Notes: generated from the letters alone by a model not told the origin. Counted from the first letter of the stretch, positions 29,711 to 38,678 are shown. The stretch is 64,000 bases of DNA from Chloroflexota bacterium (GCA_022821905.1 JAJECS010000024.1:169182-233181); one strand, 5' to 3'. Translations and numbers: made by a program.

Positions 29711-31219
29711 ATGCCTGAACGCCAGCCGCCCATTGAAGTCTTGACGGATTCAGAGGGCGAGCCCGGCCGCTGGCTGCAGCTCGTGCGCGACCCAAAGTGG
29801 CGCGGCCTCGGCGTCATTCTCATCGGCACGTTTCTGAGCGTGATCGTGCACAACATCGCCACGGTCACGCTGCCCAGCATCGCGGCGGACTTTGGCTCCA
29901 CGCTCGCCGAGGTGCAGTGGGTCGCCATCGCCGTCTCGCTGACCACCGCCGCGGTGGTTATGCCCGCCGGATACCTGGCCGACCGTCTGGGTCGCCGGGA
30001 GTTCTTCATCGGCGGCATGGCGCTGTTTGCCGCGGCATCGCTGATGGCCGGCTGGGCGCCGACGCTGGAAACCCTGATCGCGGCGCGGCTGCTGCAAGGC
30101 GTGGCGACGGCCATCGTGGGCGCCAACGGCATCGCCATCGCCGTCACCCTCTTCCCCGAGGGCGAGCGCGGCAAGGTGCTCGGCCTCTCATCCGGCACCG
30201 TCGGCTTCAGCGCCCTGGTGGCGCCGGCGGTCGGCGGCATCATCGTCGACGGCGGCGGCTGGCGCTGGGCCTATCACGCGTTGGCATTGCCGGCGATCGT
30301 CGGCGCCGTGGGTGCCTGGCTCGTGCTGGAAGCCGCTCGATCACCCGAGTCCGCTGAAGCTTCGGGCCGCTTCGATTGGTTCGGTTCGAGCGCCATCGCC
30401 GGAATTGCCGTCACGCTGGTGCTGGGCCTCACCATGGGACCGGTGATCGGCTGGAGCGAGCCGCTGGTGTGGACCTCGATCGCCGCCGCCATGGCGCTGG
30501 GCGGCGCCTATGTCTGGTGGGAGCTGCGCACGCCCCATCCCGTGTTCGATCTGCGACTGCTGCGACGCCGCGCCGTCGTCACGCCCCTGGGCGCCCGCAT
30601 CGTGCTGCTCATGGGTCTGTCGGGCGGAGGCTTCCTGGTGCCGTTCTACATCCAGGGCGTCCTGGGACTGAGCGCGCGCGACCTGGGCTTCATCCTGGTG
30701 CCCGGATTCGCGGTCTACACCCTCACCGCGACGCTCGCGGGCCGGTATTCAGACCGTTGGACACCCCGTCCGTTTTTGATCGCCGGCCCGCTGGTGGGCC
30801 TCGTCAGCGTTCTCGCACTGGCGAGCTTTGGGTCGGACACGCCACTGGCGGTGGTCGTGCTGGTGCTGGTCGTCAACAGCGCCAGCCTCTCGCTGGTGAC
30901 CTCCCCCAGCACCAACGCCATGCTCGGCGCCGTGCCGGAGCAGGTCTACACCGTCGCTGTCGCGTTCATGAACCTGGCCGGCACGATCTGTGGCATCGTC
31001 GCCCTTGCCCTGATCACCGCCATCGTGACCGCCGTCATGGCCAACGCCGGCGCCGAGGCCAGCGTCAGCGCCGTGGCCTCGGATCCAACAACCACCAGCG
31101 CCTTCCTCGACGGCTGGCGTGTCGCGTTTCTCGTACAGGCCGTATTCATGATTGCCGCGGCCGTGATTGCCTGGATGTACCGGCCGACAAGCCTCACAGG
31201 CACAACCCAGCCCGAATAG
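29711..31219 (+). CDS. MFS transporter, DHA2 (14-TM) type
   Basis: GYLADRLGRR, LIAARLLQGV, FPEGERGK, GWRWA. Confidence 0.9.
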   Translation: MPERQPPIEVLTDSEGEPGRWLQLVRDPKWRGLGVILIGTFLSVIVHNIATVTLPSIAADFGSTLAEVQWVAIAVSLTTAAVVMPAGYLADRLGRREFFIGGMALFAAASLMAGWAPTLETLIAARLLQGVATAIVGANGIAIAVTLFPEGERGKVLGLSSGTVGFSALVAPAVGGIIVDGGGWRWAYHALALPAIVGAVGAWLVLEAARSPESAEASGRFDWFGSSAIAGIAVTLVLGLTMGPVIGWSEPLVWTSIAAAMALGGAYVWWELRTPHPVFDLRLLRRRAVVTPLGARIVLLMGLSGGGFLVPFYIQGVLGLSARDLGFILVPGFAVYTLTATLAGRYSDRWTPRPFLIAGPLVGLVSVLALASFGSDTPLAVVVLVLVVNSASLSLVTSPSTNAMLGAVPEQVYTVAVAFMNLAGTICGIVALALITAIVTAVMANAGAEASVSAVASDPTTTSAFLDGWRVAFLVQAVFMIAAAVIAWMYRPTSLTGTTQPE

Positions 31220-31233
31220 CACGCGTCCGCTGG

Positions 31234-31348
31234 CCCAGGCTGCGTGCAGCCTGGGGACGCCTGGGCAACTATCCCCGCCGGCTACGAAGGCCCGTCACGC
31301 CTCACGATGACTTGGTGGGAATCCCACGCTGCACGCAGCGTGGGCTAC
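31234..31348. repeat. Inverted pair of GC-rich REP-like hairpins between convergent genes
   Basis: cccaggctgc-gt-gcagcctggg (31234-31255) and cccacgctgc-ac-gcagcgtggg+ctac (31323-31348). Confidence 0.7.
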
Positions 31349-31389
31349 CGGACTCGGACCGCGGGCCGCCGAACCCGGACGAAGATCGG

Positions 31390-32277
31390 CTAAACCAACC
31401 CCAACCCGCGCAACATATCCCGTACCTGCTCCATCTCTTCCTCGGTCGCGTTCGGCGCGGGGGAGCGGCGCCAGCGGGGGGCTACGCCGCAGACTTCGAT
31501 CATCGTGTGGACGAGGCCGTCGCCGCCGGCGGGGAACGCCGGCCACAGGTCCCAGATCGGCTGCTCGTAGTGCCGGGCGAGGCGCCAGGCTTCGGGCAGG
31601 TCGTCGCGCTTGATGGCGTCCCAGTAGAGCTTCTGGGGCAAGAGATTGCAGTAGATGAACACGTCCAGCCAGGAGTTGCAGTTGCCGTGGGGCCAGAGCA
31701 CGTAGTGACGCTTGATGCCGCCGCCGCCGGCCATCGGCCAGCGGTCGCCCCAGCGCATCAGCACCTCATGCGCGTAGTCCAGTCCAAGGTCTTCCTTGAA
31801 GGCCCACATGTTCGGGTCGTCGGCGACGAGTTCCAGCGTGCGGATCGGCACGTCGCCCACGAACATCACCGGCGCCACCTGGCCGCAGGCCTTGTAGTAG
31901 TCCGCCAGGGATTCCGGCGTGCCCTTGGCCCAGTCGGCCGGGCGCACCATGTAGAGGTCGTAGCCCAACTCGCGCACGAAGCGGCCAAACTCGATCGCCT
32001 TGTTGAGGCCCCACTGGTTGTCGCAAGCGATGGTCAGCGCGCGACCGTCCACGTGGTCGATCACGACGCGGTGCAGCTCCGCCACCTCGTCGTCGGTGAG
32101 CAGCGAGATCAGGCTGTCGCCCCAGGTCAGCATGATGACGTTGCAATTGCCTTCGAGCGACTTGTCGATCACCGCCCGCGTGCCGTCCCAGTCGATCTCA
32201 CCGGACTCGGTGAAAATCGTGGGCAGCGAGTTAATGGGGCCGTCGAGCAGGGCGCGGACTTCATCGTGATCACGCAT
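31390..32277 (-). CDS. DHDPS/NAL-like aldolase, tandem paralog 3
   Basis: GPINSLPTIF, MLTWGDS, AFKED. Confidence 0.82.
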   Translation of the reverse strand: MRDHDEVRALLDGPINSLPTIFTESGEIDWDGTRAVIDKSLEGNCNVIMLTWGDSLISLLTDDEVAELHRVVIDHVDGRALTIACDNQWGLNKAIEFGRFVRELGYDLYMVRPADWAKGTPESLADYYKACGQVAPVMFVGDVPIRTLELVADDPNMWAFKEDLGLDYAHEVLMRWGDRWPMAGGGGIKRHYVLWPHGNCNSWLDVFIYCNLLPQKLYWDAIKRDDLPEAWRLARHYEQPIWDLWPAFPAGGDGLVHTMIEVCGVAPRWRRSPAPNATEEEMEQVRDMLRGLGLV

Positions 32278-32294
32278 CGGGAACCTCCGGGCGG

Positions 32295-33182
32295 CTACAT
32301 CAGGCCAAGGCCGCGCATAAAGTCGCGCAGCTGGTCGAGTTCTTCATCGGTTGGATCGGGCGCGGGTGAACGGCGCCAGCGCGGCGCGACATCGTAGACC
32401 TCCAGCAGCGCGTGGGCGAACAGCCCATCCTTTTCGTAGCGGACCTGCGCGGCGAGGTCCCAGAGCTTCTGCTCATAGCGCAGGGCGATGTCCCAGGCCG
32501 TGCGCGTGTCGTCGCGCTTGAGGGCGTTCCAGAAGTCGACCGTCGGCTGCGGGTGAAAGCGGATGAATATGTCCAGCCACGCGCGCGGGCCGTGGGGATG
32601 GAACAGCACGTGCCGCTTGTGCGCGCCGCCGGTGACCATGGCCCAGCGGTCACCCCAGCGCATCTGCACCTCGTGGGCATAGTCGATGGCCAGGTCTTCC
32701 TTGAACGCCAGCACGTTGGGCACGTTTTCGATCAACTCGCAGGTGCGCAGCGGCACCATGCCCACCAGCATCACCCGGGTCACCTGGGCAATCGCCCGGA
32801 AGTGGTCGGCCAGCGTCTCCGGCGTGCCCTTGGCCCACTCCGCCGGGCGCACCATGTAGAGGTCGAACCCCAATGCCTCGACGTAGCGCCCGAACTCGAT
32901 GGCCTTGGGCAGCGCCCACTGGTTGTCGCAGCCGATGGTCACGGCCCGGTTGCCCACATGCTCGATCACGTTGCGATGCACCTGGGCCAGCTCGGTGTCG
33001 GTGAGCAGCGAAACGAGACTGTCGCCCCAGGTCAGCATCACGATCTGGCAACCGGCGTCCAGCGCCACGTCGATGACGTTGCGCATCCCCTCGTGATCGA
33101 TATCTCCGTCGCGTTTGAACACCGTCGGCAGCGAGAGGCACGGTCCTTGCATGAGGCCGCGGATCTCGTCCGGCGACTTCAT
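32295..33182 (-). CDS. DHDPS/NAL-like aldolase, tandem paralog 2
   Basis: MKSPDEIRGLMQGPCLSLPTVF, MLTWGDS, AFKED. ATGA overlap with paralog 1. Confidence 0.82.
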   Translation of the reverse strand: MKSPDEIRGLMQGPCLSLPTVFKRDGDIDHEGMRNVIDVALDAGCQIVMLTWGDSLVSLLTDTELAQVHRNVIEHVGNRAVTIGCDNQWALPKAIEFGRYVEALGFDLYMVRPAEWAKGTPETLADHFRAIAQVTRVMLVGMVPLRTCELIENVPNVLAFKEDLAIDYAHEVQMRWGDRWAMVTGGAHKRHVLFHPHGPRAWLDIFIRFHPQPTVDFWNALKRDDTRTAWDIALRYEQKLWDLAAQVRYEKDGLFAHALLEVYDVAPRWRRSPAPDPTDEELDQLRDFMRGLGLM

Positions 33183-34087
33183 GCCGGCACCGGCTGTGTC
33201 TGCGGACCGAGCCCAGCCAGGAATTCGCGCAACTCGTCCATCTCTTCCTCCGTCGGATTGGCCGCCGGCGCACGCCGCCAGCGGGGCGCTACGCCCGCAG
33301 CCTCCACCATCGCATGCTTGACGAGTCCGTCGGGCCCATAGCGCACGCGCTGCGCCATCGCGCGCAGCGGAACCTCGTATTGCATCGCCTGTGCCCACGC
33401 CGCGGCGATGTCGCCGCGTTGCAGCGCGCGCCAATAGTCCTGCGACACCGCCGGGAAGGTGCGGCAGAAGCCATCGAGCCAGGTGTCGCAGTGACCGTGG
33501 GCCCACAGCAAGTGGTGACGTTTCATCCCGCCGCCGCCGATCATCGGCCAGCGGTCGCCCCAGCGCATGATGATCTCGTGGGCGTAGTCCAGGCCCAGGT
33601 CCTCTTTGAAGGCCCACATGTTCGGATCGTCGGCCAGCAGCTCCAGCGTACGCAGCGGCACGTCGCCCACGAACATCACCGGCGACTCGCGGCCGCAGGC
33701 CGTGTAGAATTCCGCCAGCGACTCCGCCGTGCCCTTGGCCCACTCCGCCGGGCGCACCATGTAGACGTCGAATCCAAGCTCGCGCACGTAGCGCCCGAAC
33801 TCGACCGCCTTGTTGCGTCCCCAGAGGTTGTCGCAGGCAATGGTGACCGCGCGCTCGCCAACCTGATCGATGACGACCCGGTGCAGCTCGGCGACTTCGT
33901 CGTCCGTGAGCAACGAGATCAGGCTGTCGCCCCAGGTGAGCATGATCACGTCGCAGCCGCCGTCGATGCTGAAGTCGATGAGGTTGCGGATGGACGGGTA
34001 GTCGATCGTGCCGTCTTGGTGAAAGATCGTCGGCACGGAGTTGCACGGCCCCACCAGCCGCGCGTCGAACTCATCCTTCGACTTGAT
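33179..34087 (-). CDS. DHDPS/NAL-like aldolase, tandem paralog 1 (probable ATC start; track gives GTG 34054)
   Basis: (I)KSKDEFDARLVGPCNSVPTIF, MLTWGDS, AFKED. Confidence 0.8.
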   Translation of the reverse strand: MKSKDEFDARLVGPCNSVPTIFHQDGTIDYPSIRNLIDFSIDGGCDVIMLTWGDSLISLLTDDEVAELHRVVIDQVGERAVTIACDNLWGRNKAVEFGRYVRELGFDVYMVRPAEWAKGTAESLAEFYTACGRESPVMFVGDVPLRTLELLADDPNMWAFKEDLGLDYAHEIIMRWGDRWPMIGGGGMKRHHLLWAHGHCDTWLDGFCRTFPAVSQDYWRALQRGDIAAAWAQAMQYEVPLRAMAQRVRYGPDGLVKHAMVEAAGVAPRWRRAPAANPTEEEMDELREFLAGLGPQTQPVPA

Positions 34088-34229
34088 GGCTCAGGCTCCG
34101 TGTAGGGCAATCGCCAGCGCCACGATATCCGAACGGTCACGCAAGTGCCCGTCCGCCCCCTCCCCTCGATCAATCCCTGCAAGACCTTGCCATCGCTCCG
34201 GCACACGAAGCACTCGCAAAAGCCTCTCC

Positions 34230-34280
34230 GTCATTCCCGCGAAAAGCCTGCCCCGTACTTGATACGGGTCGGGAATCCAG
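34230..34280. repeat. GTCATTCCCGCG palindromic element with a nested second hairpin
   Basis: gtcattcccgcgaa-[aagcctgccccgtacttgatacggg]-tcgggaatccag. Confidence 0.8.
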
Positions 34281-34429
34281 GTCTGTCGAAATCCGAGGAG
34301 CAGACAGGACTTCGGGCTAGCGTCCGCGTCGAACTCGGATCGGGTGGGGCAGGAATCAATCCCGCCCGATTGGCGCGATGCAAGCGTCGAGCTTTCCCGC
34401 AGGACATTGCCATGGAGTGACGCATCGCC

Positions 34430-34549
34430 TCAGCAGTTGGCAATGGCTATGAGACTTCCGACGAAGTAGATGACCATAATCCAGAACGCCACCCCCGCCA
34501 GCATCGAGCAACCCTTGAGGAAGTCCGCCTCCCTCAGCCTTCGCAGCAT
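34430..34549 (-). CDS. Small 39-aa single-pass membrane protein
   Basis: MLRRLREADFLKGCSMLAGVAFWIMVIYFVGSLIAIANC*. Its ATG directly follows the SGNH stop (TGAATG). Confidence 0.55.
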   Translation of the reverse strand: MLRRLREADFLKGCSMLAGVAFWIMVIYFVGSLIAIANC

Positions 34550-35545
34550 TCAGATTGCCCACGCCTTTCCGATCAGTCGCGTAAGCCCCGCGGCGATCGC
34601 CGCAAACCCCTCATCGTTCGGATGCACCAGGTCCGCCAGGCGCGACTCGTCGCCGGGGCCAATGAGACTGCACCCCTCCAGGACCACGAGGTTGGCATCG
34701 CCCCCGGCCACGCGGGCGCTCACGACGCGCCGGATGACCTCTCGATACTCCTCGACGCTTGCACCGGACGCGTTTCGCTGGTCGCGTTCGGGGACATACC
34801 AGGTGGGGGTGATGACGATGATCGGAGTTTCCGAGTGCGAGGCGCGCACGACCCCGAGAAAGTCGGCGTAGATGCGGCCGAATTCCTCCGGTCCGGGACG
34901 GCCGATCGCGTAGGTGTTGATCCCGTAGTAGAGCGAGATGGCGTCCGCTGGCAGCGCCGCCACGATTCGCGCCATGCCCGGCTCGCCTCTAGCTGATCCG
35001 CCGAATCCCAGGTTGATGAAATCGGCCCCCAGTTCCCGGGCGACCCGCGCCGGATAGGCCAGCCCCGACCGCGTGGTGATGGCGCCGTGCGTGATCGAGT
35101 CGCCGTGAAAGGTGATGAATCGGGACGGTCGATGGGCGGGCGCCGCGAGGCTGGCGCCGGGCGCGAGACCCAGCGACTTGAGCCGCACCTTGGAGTAAGG
35201 CGGCATGTGCAGCTCGATTTCATGGGTGCCCGTCAGGCCTTCGAGGAGATCGGCGGTGCATGGACCCGGATCGTCACCGCCGTCGGTGCCCGCGAATCGC
35301 CCGTCAACGTAGGCATCGACCTTGCTGGCGCGGCTCGGCCGGCCTAGGTACTCGAAGTGCAGCGCCACGCGAGGGCTGTCCGTCCGAAAGACCAGCCGGA
35401 CGCCCGCGGCCATCTCCGAGCGCTCCCAGGTGTCGGCCGGCAGGCTGTCCCGATGCTCCTCGGGCAGCCGGTGCAGCAGCGCCCGGGGCTCGCCCACCAG
35501 ACCCCGCATCTCAACGTCCGGCGACGGCAGCGCGATCCATTGCAT
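34550..35545 (-). CDS. SGNH/GDSL hydrolase (acetylesterase-like, with N-terminal beta domain)
   Basis: FHGDSITHG, NLGFGG, YGINT, DLVHPND. Confidence 0.9.
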   Translation of the reverse strand: MQWIALPSPDVEMRGLVGEPRALLHRLPEEHRDSLPADTWERSEMAAGVRLVFRTDSPRVALHFEYLGRPSRASKVDAYVDGRFAGTDGGDDPGPCTADLLEGLTGTHEIELHMPPYSKVRLKSLGLAPGASLAAPAHRPSRFITFHGDSITHGAITTRSGLAYPARVARELGADFINLGFGGSARGEPGMARIVAALPADAISLYYGINTYAIGRPGPEEFGRIYADFLGVVRASHSETPIIVITPTWYVPERDQRNASGASVEEYREVIRRVVSARVAGGDANLVVLEGCSLIGPGDESRLADLVHPNDEGFAAIAAGLTRLIGKAWAI

Positions 35546-35598
35546 TCGCGGATCCTCCGGGTGCGTCCAGCGGCATAGTAGGCGGCTGGCCCAAATGC

Positions 35599-35623
35599 GG
35601 GCGCCCACAGGGGACGCCCCTAC
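35599..35623 (-). repeat. GTAG-type REP
   Basis: Reverse strand reads gtag-gggcgtccc-ctgt-gggcgccc. Relatives at 38706 and 51438. Confidence 0.65.
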
Positions 35624-35708
35624 AAGGACACCGGACGGCAGCCAGGCACCGACACCGGACGTACCGGGCATAATCGCCGGGTCGGGCCACGACCTGGAAG
35701 GCGCGCTC

Positions 35709-36785
35709 ATGGCCACGCACCTGCGAAAGATCTGGCTGTCGGTTCACTCGCTGACCTGGCTCGCGCTGCCGCCGGACAACCGCGAGCGCATGGACCGCAA
35801 GTGGAATCAGTTCGTCGAGCGCATCCCGCTGGCCTATCCACTTGAGCAACGCCTGCAGCGGGACTATCAACGCGTCATCGACGCCGCCGGCGACGACGAG
35901 GCGATCTACTTTCTCCCTACGCATCTCGAAGCCGCCGACGAGATCATCGAATACGCCGACGCGCGTCTGGGCGCGCGGTCGATGGTGTCGCGCGTCGAAG
36001 GCGGCGCCGCGTCCAAGGAACGCGCGTTCGGCACAGACTTCTTCCAGGGTGTCGAGAAGGATCAGCGTGAGGCCGTGCGCAACCGTGGGCTACCCGACGG
36101 GGTGCTCACCGCCAACGAGCTAAGGCTCGACCGAGCATCCCGCGATGCCGCTCCCGATCTTCCTCCAGGCGGGCTGCTGCAGACCGAGATTCGCGGCTGG
36201 ATGCAGGCCAAGGCCTGGGGTCTGGACCTGCTGGCCCAGGCCGAGAGCCGCGGTCTCGAATTCGACCCCGCAACCGTGGAGATGGAAGCCTTCGGGGGCG
36301 ACTGGTGCTATTGCGCGGCGAGCTATCCGATCCAGATCGGACGGGCCATGGGCCTGGCAAACCCCATCGAGCGCCGCTTCGACCTCATCAACCCGGCCGA
36401 AGGCCCCGTGCTACTGCAGTCGGAGGTGGTCGAGCAGAACATCCCGCTGGCCGACAACATCCGCCTGTTCATCTGGGAGTACACCGATTCGCACGGCCCG
36501 CGTTTCGTGGCGCAGTTCTGGGAGGGCATTCGCGGGATCACGGACCGCACCCATGAGGCCGTCGTCGACCTGCCGGCCGACGCCGCGCAGATTGTGAACC
36601 TCTGGGGCTTCCCGGAAACCCGCGCTCTCGGCGTGGACACTCCTTCACGGCATGGGCCGCTGCGCCTCAGCGTCGGGTCCGGCGGCCACACGCCGATCGC
36701 GTCGTCGATCGTCATGACCGACGGCCGCTTGCCGCTGGATGAGTTCCGGGACGCCCTCACGTCGGCCGAGATTCGCCAGTGCTAA
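35709..36785 (+). CDS. Hypothetical protein, 358 aa
   Basis: Long ORF with high GC3 and ATG after GGAAGG. No family recognised. Confidence 0.75.
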   Translation: MATHLRKIWLSVHSLTWLALPPDNRERMDRKWNQFVERIPLAYPLEQRLQRDYQRVIDAAGDDEAIYFLPTHLEAADEIIEYADARLGARSMVSRVEGGAASKERAFGTDFFQGVEKDQREAVRNRGLPDGVLTANELRLDRASRDAAPDLPPGGLLQTEIRGWMQAKAWGLDLLAQAESRGLEFDPATVEMEAFGGDWCYCAASYPIQIGRAMGLANPIERRFDLINPAEGPVLLQSEVVEQNIPLADNIRLFIWEYTDSHGPRFVAQFWEGIRGITDRTHEAVVDLPADAAQIVNLWGFPETRALGVDTPSRHGPLRLSVGSGGHTPIASSIVMTDGRLPLDEFRDALTSAEIRQC

Positions 36786-36810
36786 GTGAAGGACCAAGGG
36801 GGCCCGGATT

Positions 36811-36893
36811 CCGTTCATGGTGAGCCCCGAGCCGTTCGTGGTGAGCTTGTCGAACCATGAACGGCGCCCGTCGACTTCGCTCAGGGCGAACGG
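36811..36893. repeat. CCGTTCGTGGTGAGC..TCGAACC..TCGAC..GCTCAGGGCGAACGG palindromic element with a duplicated 5' end
   Basis: Near-identical copy at 52769-52851. Confidence 0.85.
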
Positions 36894-36938
36894 GCCAGAT
36901 TGCCCGAGTAGTCCCTTCTGAAATCCTCACAATCGGCC

Positions 36939-37580
36939 ATGGATAAGCTCGCCTTCCTCACCGACGGTCCAGTCGACGCGCCGGACCGCTTCGTGCTCGC
37001 CCACGGCGCCGGGGCGCCCATGGACAGCCCGACCATGGAGGCCATTGCCGCGGGCGTGGCCGCCTCCGGCATTCAAGTCATCCGCTTTGAGTTTCCCTAC
37101 ATGCGCGAACGGCGCACCACCGGCCGACGGCAGCCGCCCAACCAGCAGACCGTGCTTCTCGAGACCTGGCACGAGGCCATCGACGCCCTAGGCGGAGCCG
37201 AGAGCCTGGTGATCGGCGGGCGCTCCATGGGCGGCCGCATGGCCAGCCTCATCGCCGATGCCGTGGGCGCGCGGGGTCTCGTGTGCCTCGGCTATCCGTT
37301 TCACCCGCCCGGTAAGCCGGAGAGGCTCCGCACCGGGCACCTGGCTGCGCTGCGCACGCCGACGCTCATCGTGCAGGGTGAGCGCGACGCCTTCGGTTCC
37401 ACGGTCGAGGTCGACGGCTACGACCTCTCCGACGCCATCCGGGTCCACTGGCTTGCGGACGGCGACCACTCCTTCGCCCCGCGAAAGAAGTCCGGTCACA
37501 CGGCCGCCGGTCATCTCGCGGAGGCGTCCGCAGTCACCGCGGAGTTCATCCGGTCACTGGACCGCGCACCGTCTGGCTGA
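36939..37580 (+). CDS. Alpha/beta-fold hydrolase
   Basis: LAHGAGAPMDS, GGRSMGGR, GYPFHP, GERD, DGDHS (Ser-Asp-His). Confidence 0.92.
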   Translation: MDKLAFLTDGPVDAPDRFVLAHGAGAPMDSPTMEAIAAGVAASGIQVIRFEFPYMRERRTTGRRQPPNQQTVLLETWHEAIDALGGAESLVIGGRSMGGRMASLIADAVGARGLVCLGYPFHPPGKPERLRTGHLAALRTPTLIVQGERDAFGSTVEVDGYDLSDAIRVHWLADGDHSFAPRKKSGHTAAGHLAEASAVTAEFIRSLDRAPSG

Positions 37581-37631
37581 GACTGGCACCATGCCGGCAA
37601 GCGAGCACGCCTCCGCCAACAGGAGATCGAC

Positions 37632-38678
37632 ATGAAGACCTACCGCGCCGCCATCCTCGGCCTGGGCCGCATGGGCAACACCATTGACGACGAGATTCCG
37701 CCGTCGCGCGACTTCATGCTGCCCTACGGCTTGCCGGGGGCCTGCCAGGCCGTCGAGCAGCTCGACCTGGTGGCCGGGTGCGACCTGCTGCCCGAAAAGC
37801 GCGCCGACTTCAGCGAACGCTGGGGCGTACCCGCGGTTTACGAAGACCTCGACGAGATGATCGCCAAGGAGCACCCCGACCTCGTCGCCATCTGCACCCG
37901 CGCCGACGTGCACTCGGAGCTGGCGGTGCGCGTGGCGAATGCGGGCGTGCCCATGATGTATCTAGAAAAAGCCATCGCCTGCTCGCCCGCCGAGGCCGAC
38001 GCCGTGCTCGCGGCCTGCCAGGCGCACGGGACTGTCTTCAACTCGGGCGTGCTGAACCGGTTCTCGAAGACCTTTGGCGCCGCGCGCGACCTGATCGTCC
38101 AAGGACGCATCGGCGAGCCCAAGGCCGCGATCCAATTTCCCGCACGAAGTCTGCTCCACGGCCACATTCATTCCGTCGATGCGCTGTCGTATCTCCTCGG
38201 CGATCCCAAGATCACGCGTGTGCGCGGGGAGCTTCATCCCCGCGATCTCGAGATCGTGGACGGCCGGCTCGACGACGACCCGATGGCGACCTATCACCTG
38301 GAGTTCGAGAACGGCGTTGAAGCCTGGTGCATTCCCGCCGGGCAGCACGAGTTCGAGATCGTTGGGACAGAGGGCGTCGTGCGCACGCTCAACAACGCCG
38401 AGGGCTTGTCCCTGCGCGTCAACCAGCCCACCGACTCGCCGCGCCACCGCGAATGGCACACCGAGCCGCTGCCCGAGGTCGAGAAGTCAAGCTCGGTCGT
38501 CACCTGCCTGGAAGACCTGATCGAGGCCCACGAAACGGGTCGCCCGACGCTCAATCACATCGAGCAGGCGCACCACGTCACCGAGGCCTGCTTCGCCATT
38601 GCTGAAAGCCATCGCCAGGGCGGGGTCTGGGTGGACCTGCCGCTCACCGACCGCGACCTCTACATCTATCACGTGTAG
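37632..38678 (+). CDS. Gfo/Idh/MocA oxidoreductase
   Basis: AAILGLGRMG, MYLEKAIA, HGHIHSVD. AGGAG RBS. Confidence 0.87.
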   Translation: MKTYRAAILGLGRMGNTIDDEIPPSRDFMLPYGLPGACQAVEQLDLVAGCDLLPEKRADFSERWGVPAVYEDLDEMIAKEHPDLVAICTRADVHSELAVRVANAGVPMMYLEKAIACSPAEADAVLAACQAHGTVFNSGVLNRFSKTFGAARDLIVQGRIGEPKAAIQFPARSLLHGHIHSVDALSYLLGDPKITRVRGELHPRDLEIVDGRLDDDPMATYHLEFENGVEAWCIPAGQHEFEIVGTEGVVRTLNNAEGLSLRVNQPTDSPRHREWHTEPLPEVEKSSSVVTCLEDLIEAHETGRPTLNHIEQAHHVTEACFAIAESHRQGGVWVDLPLTDRDLYIYHV

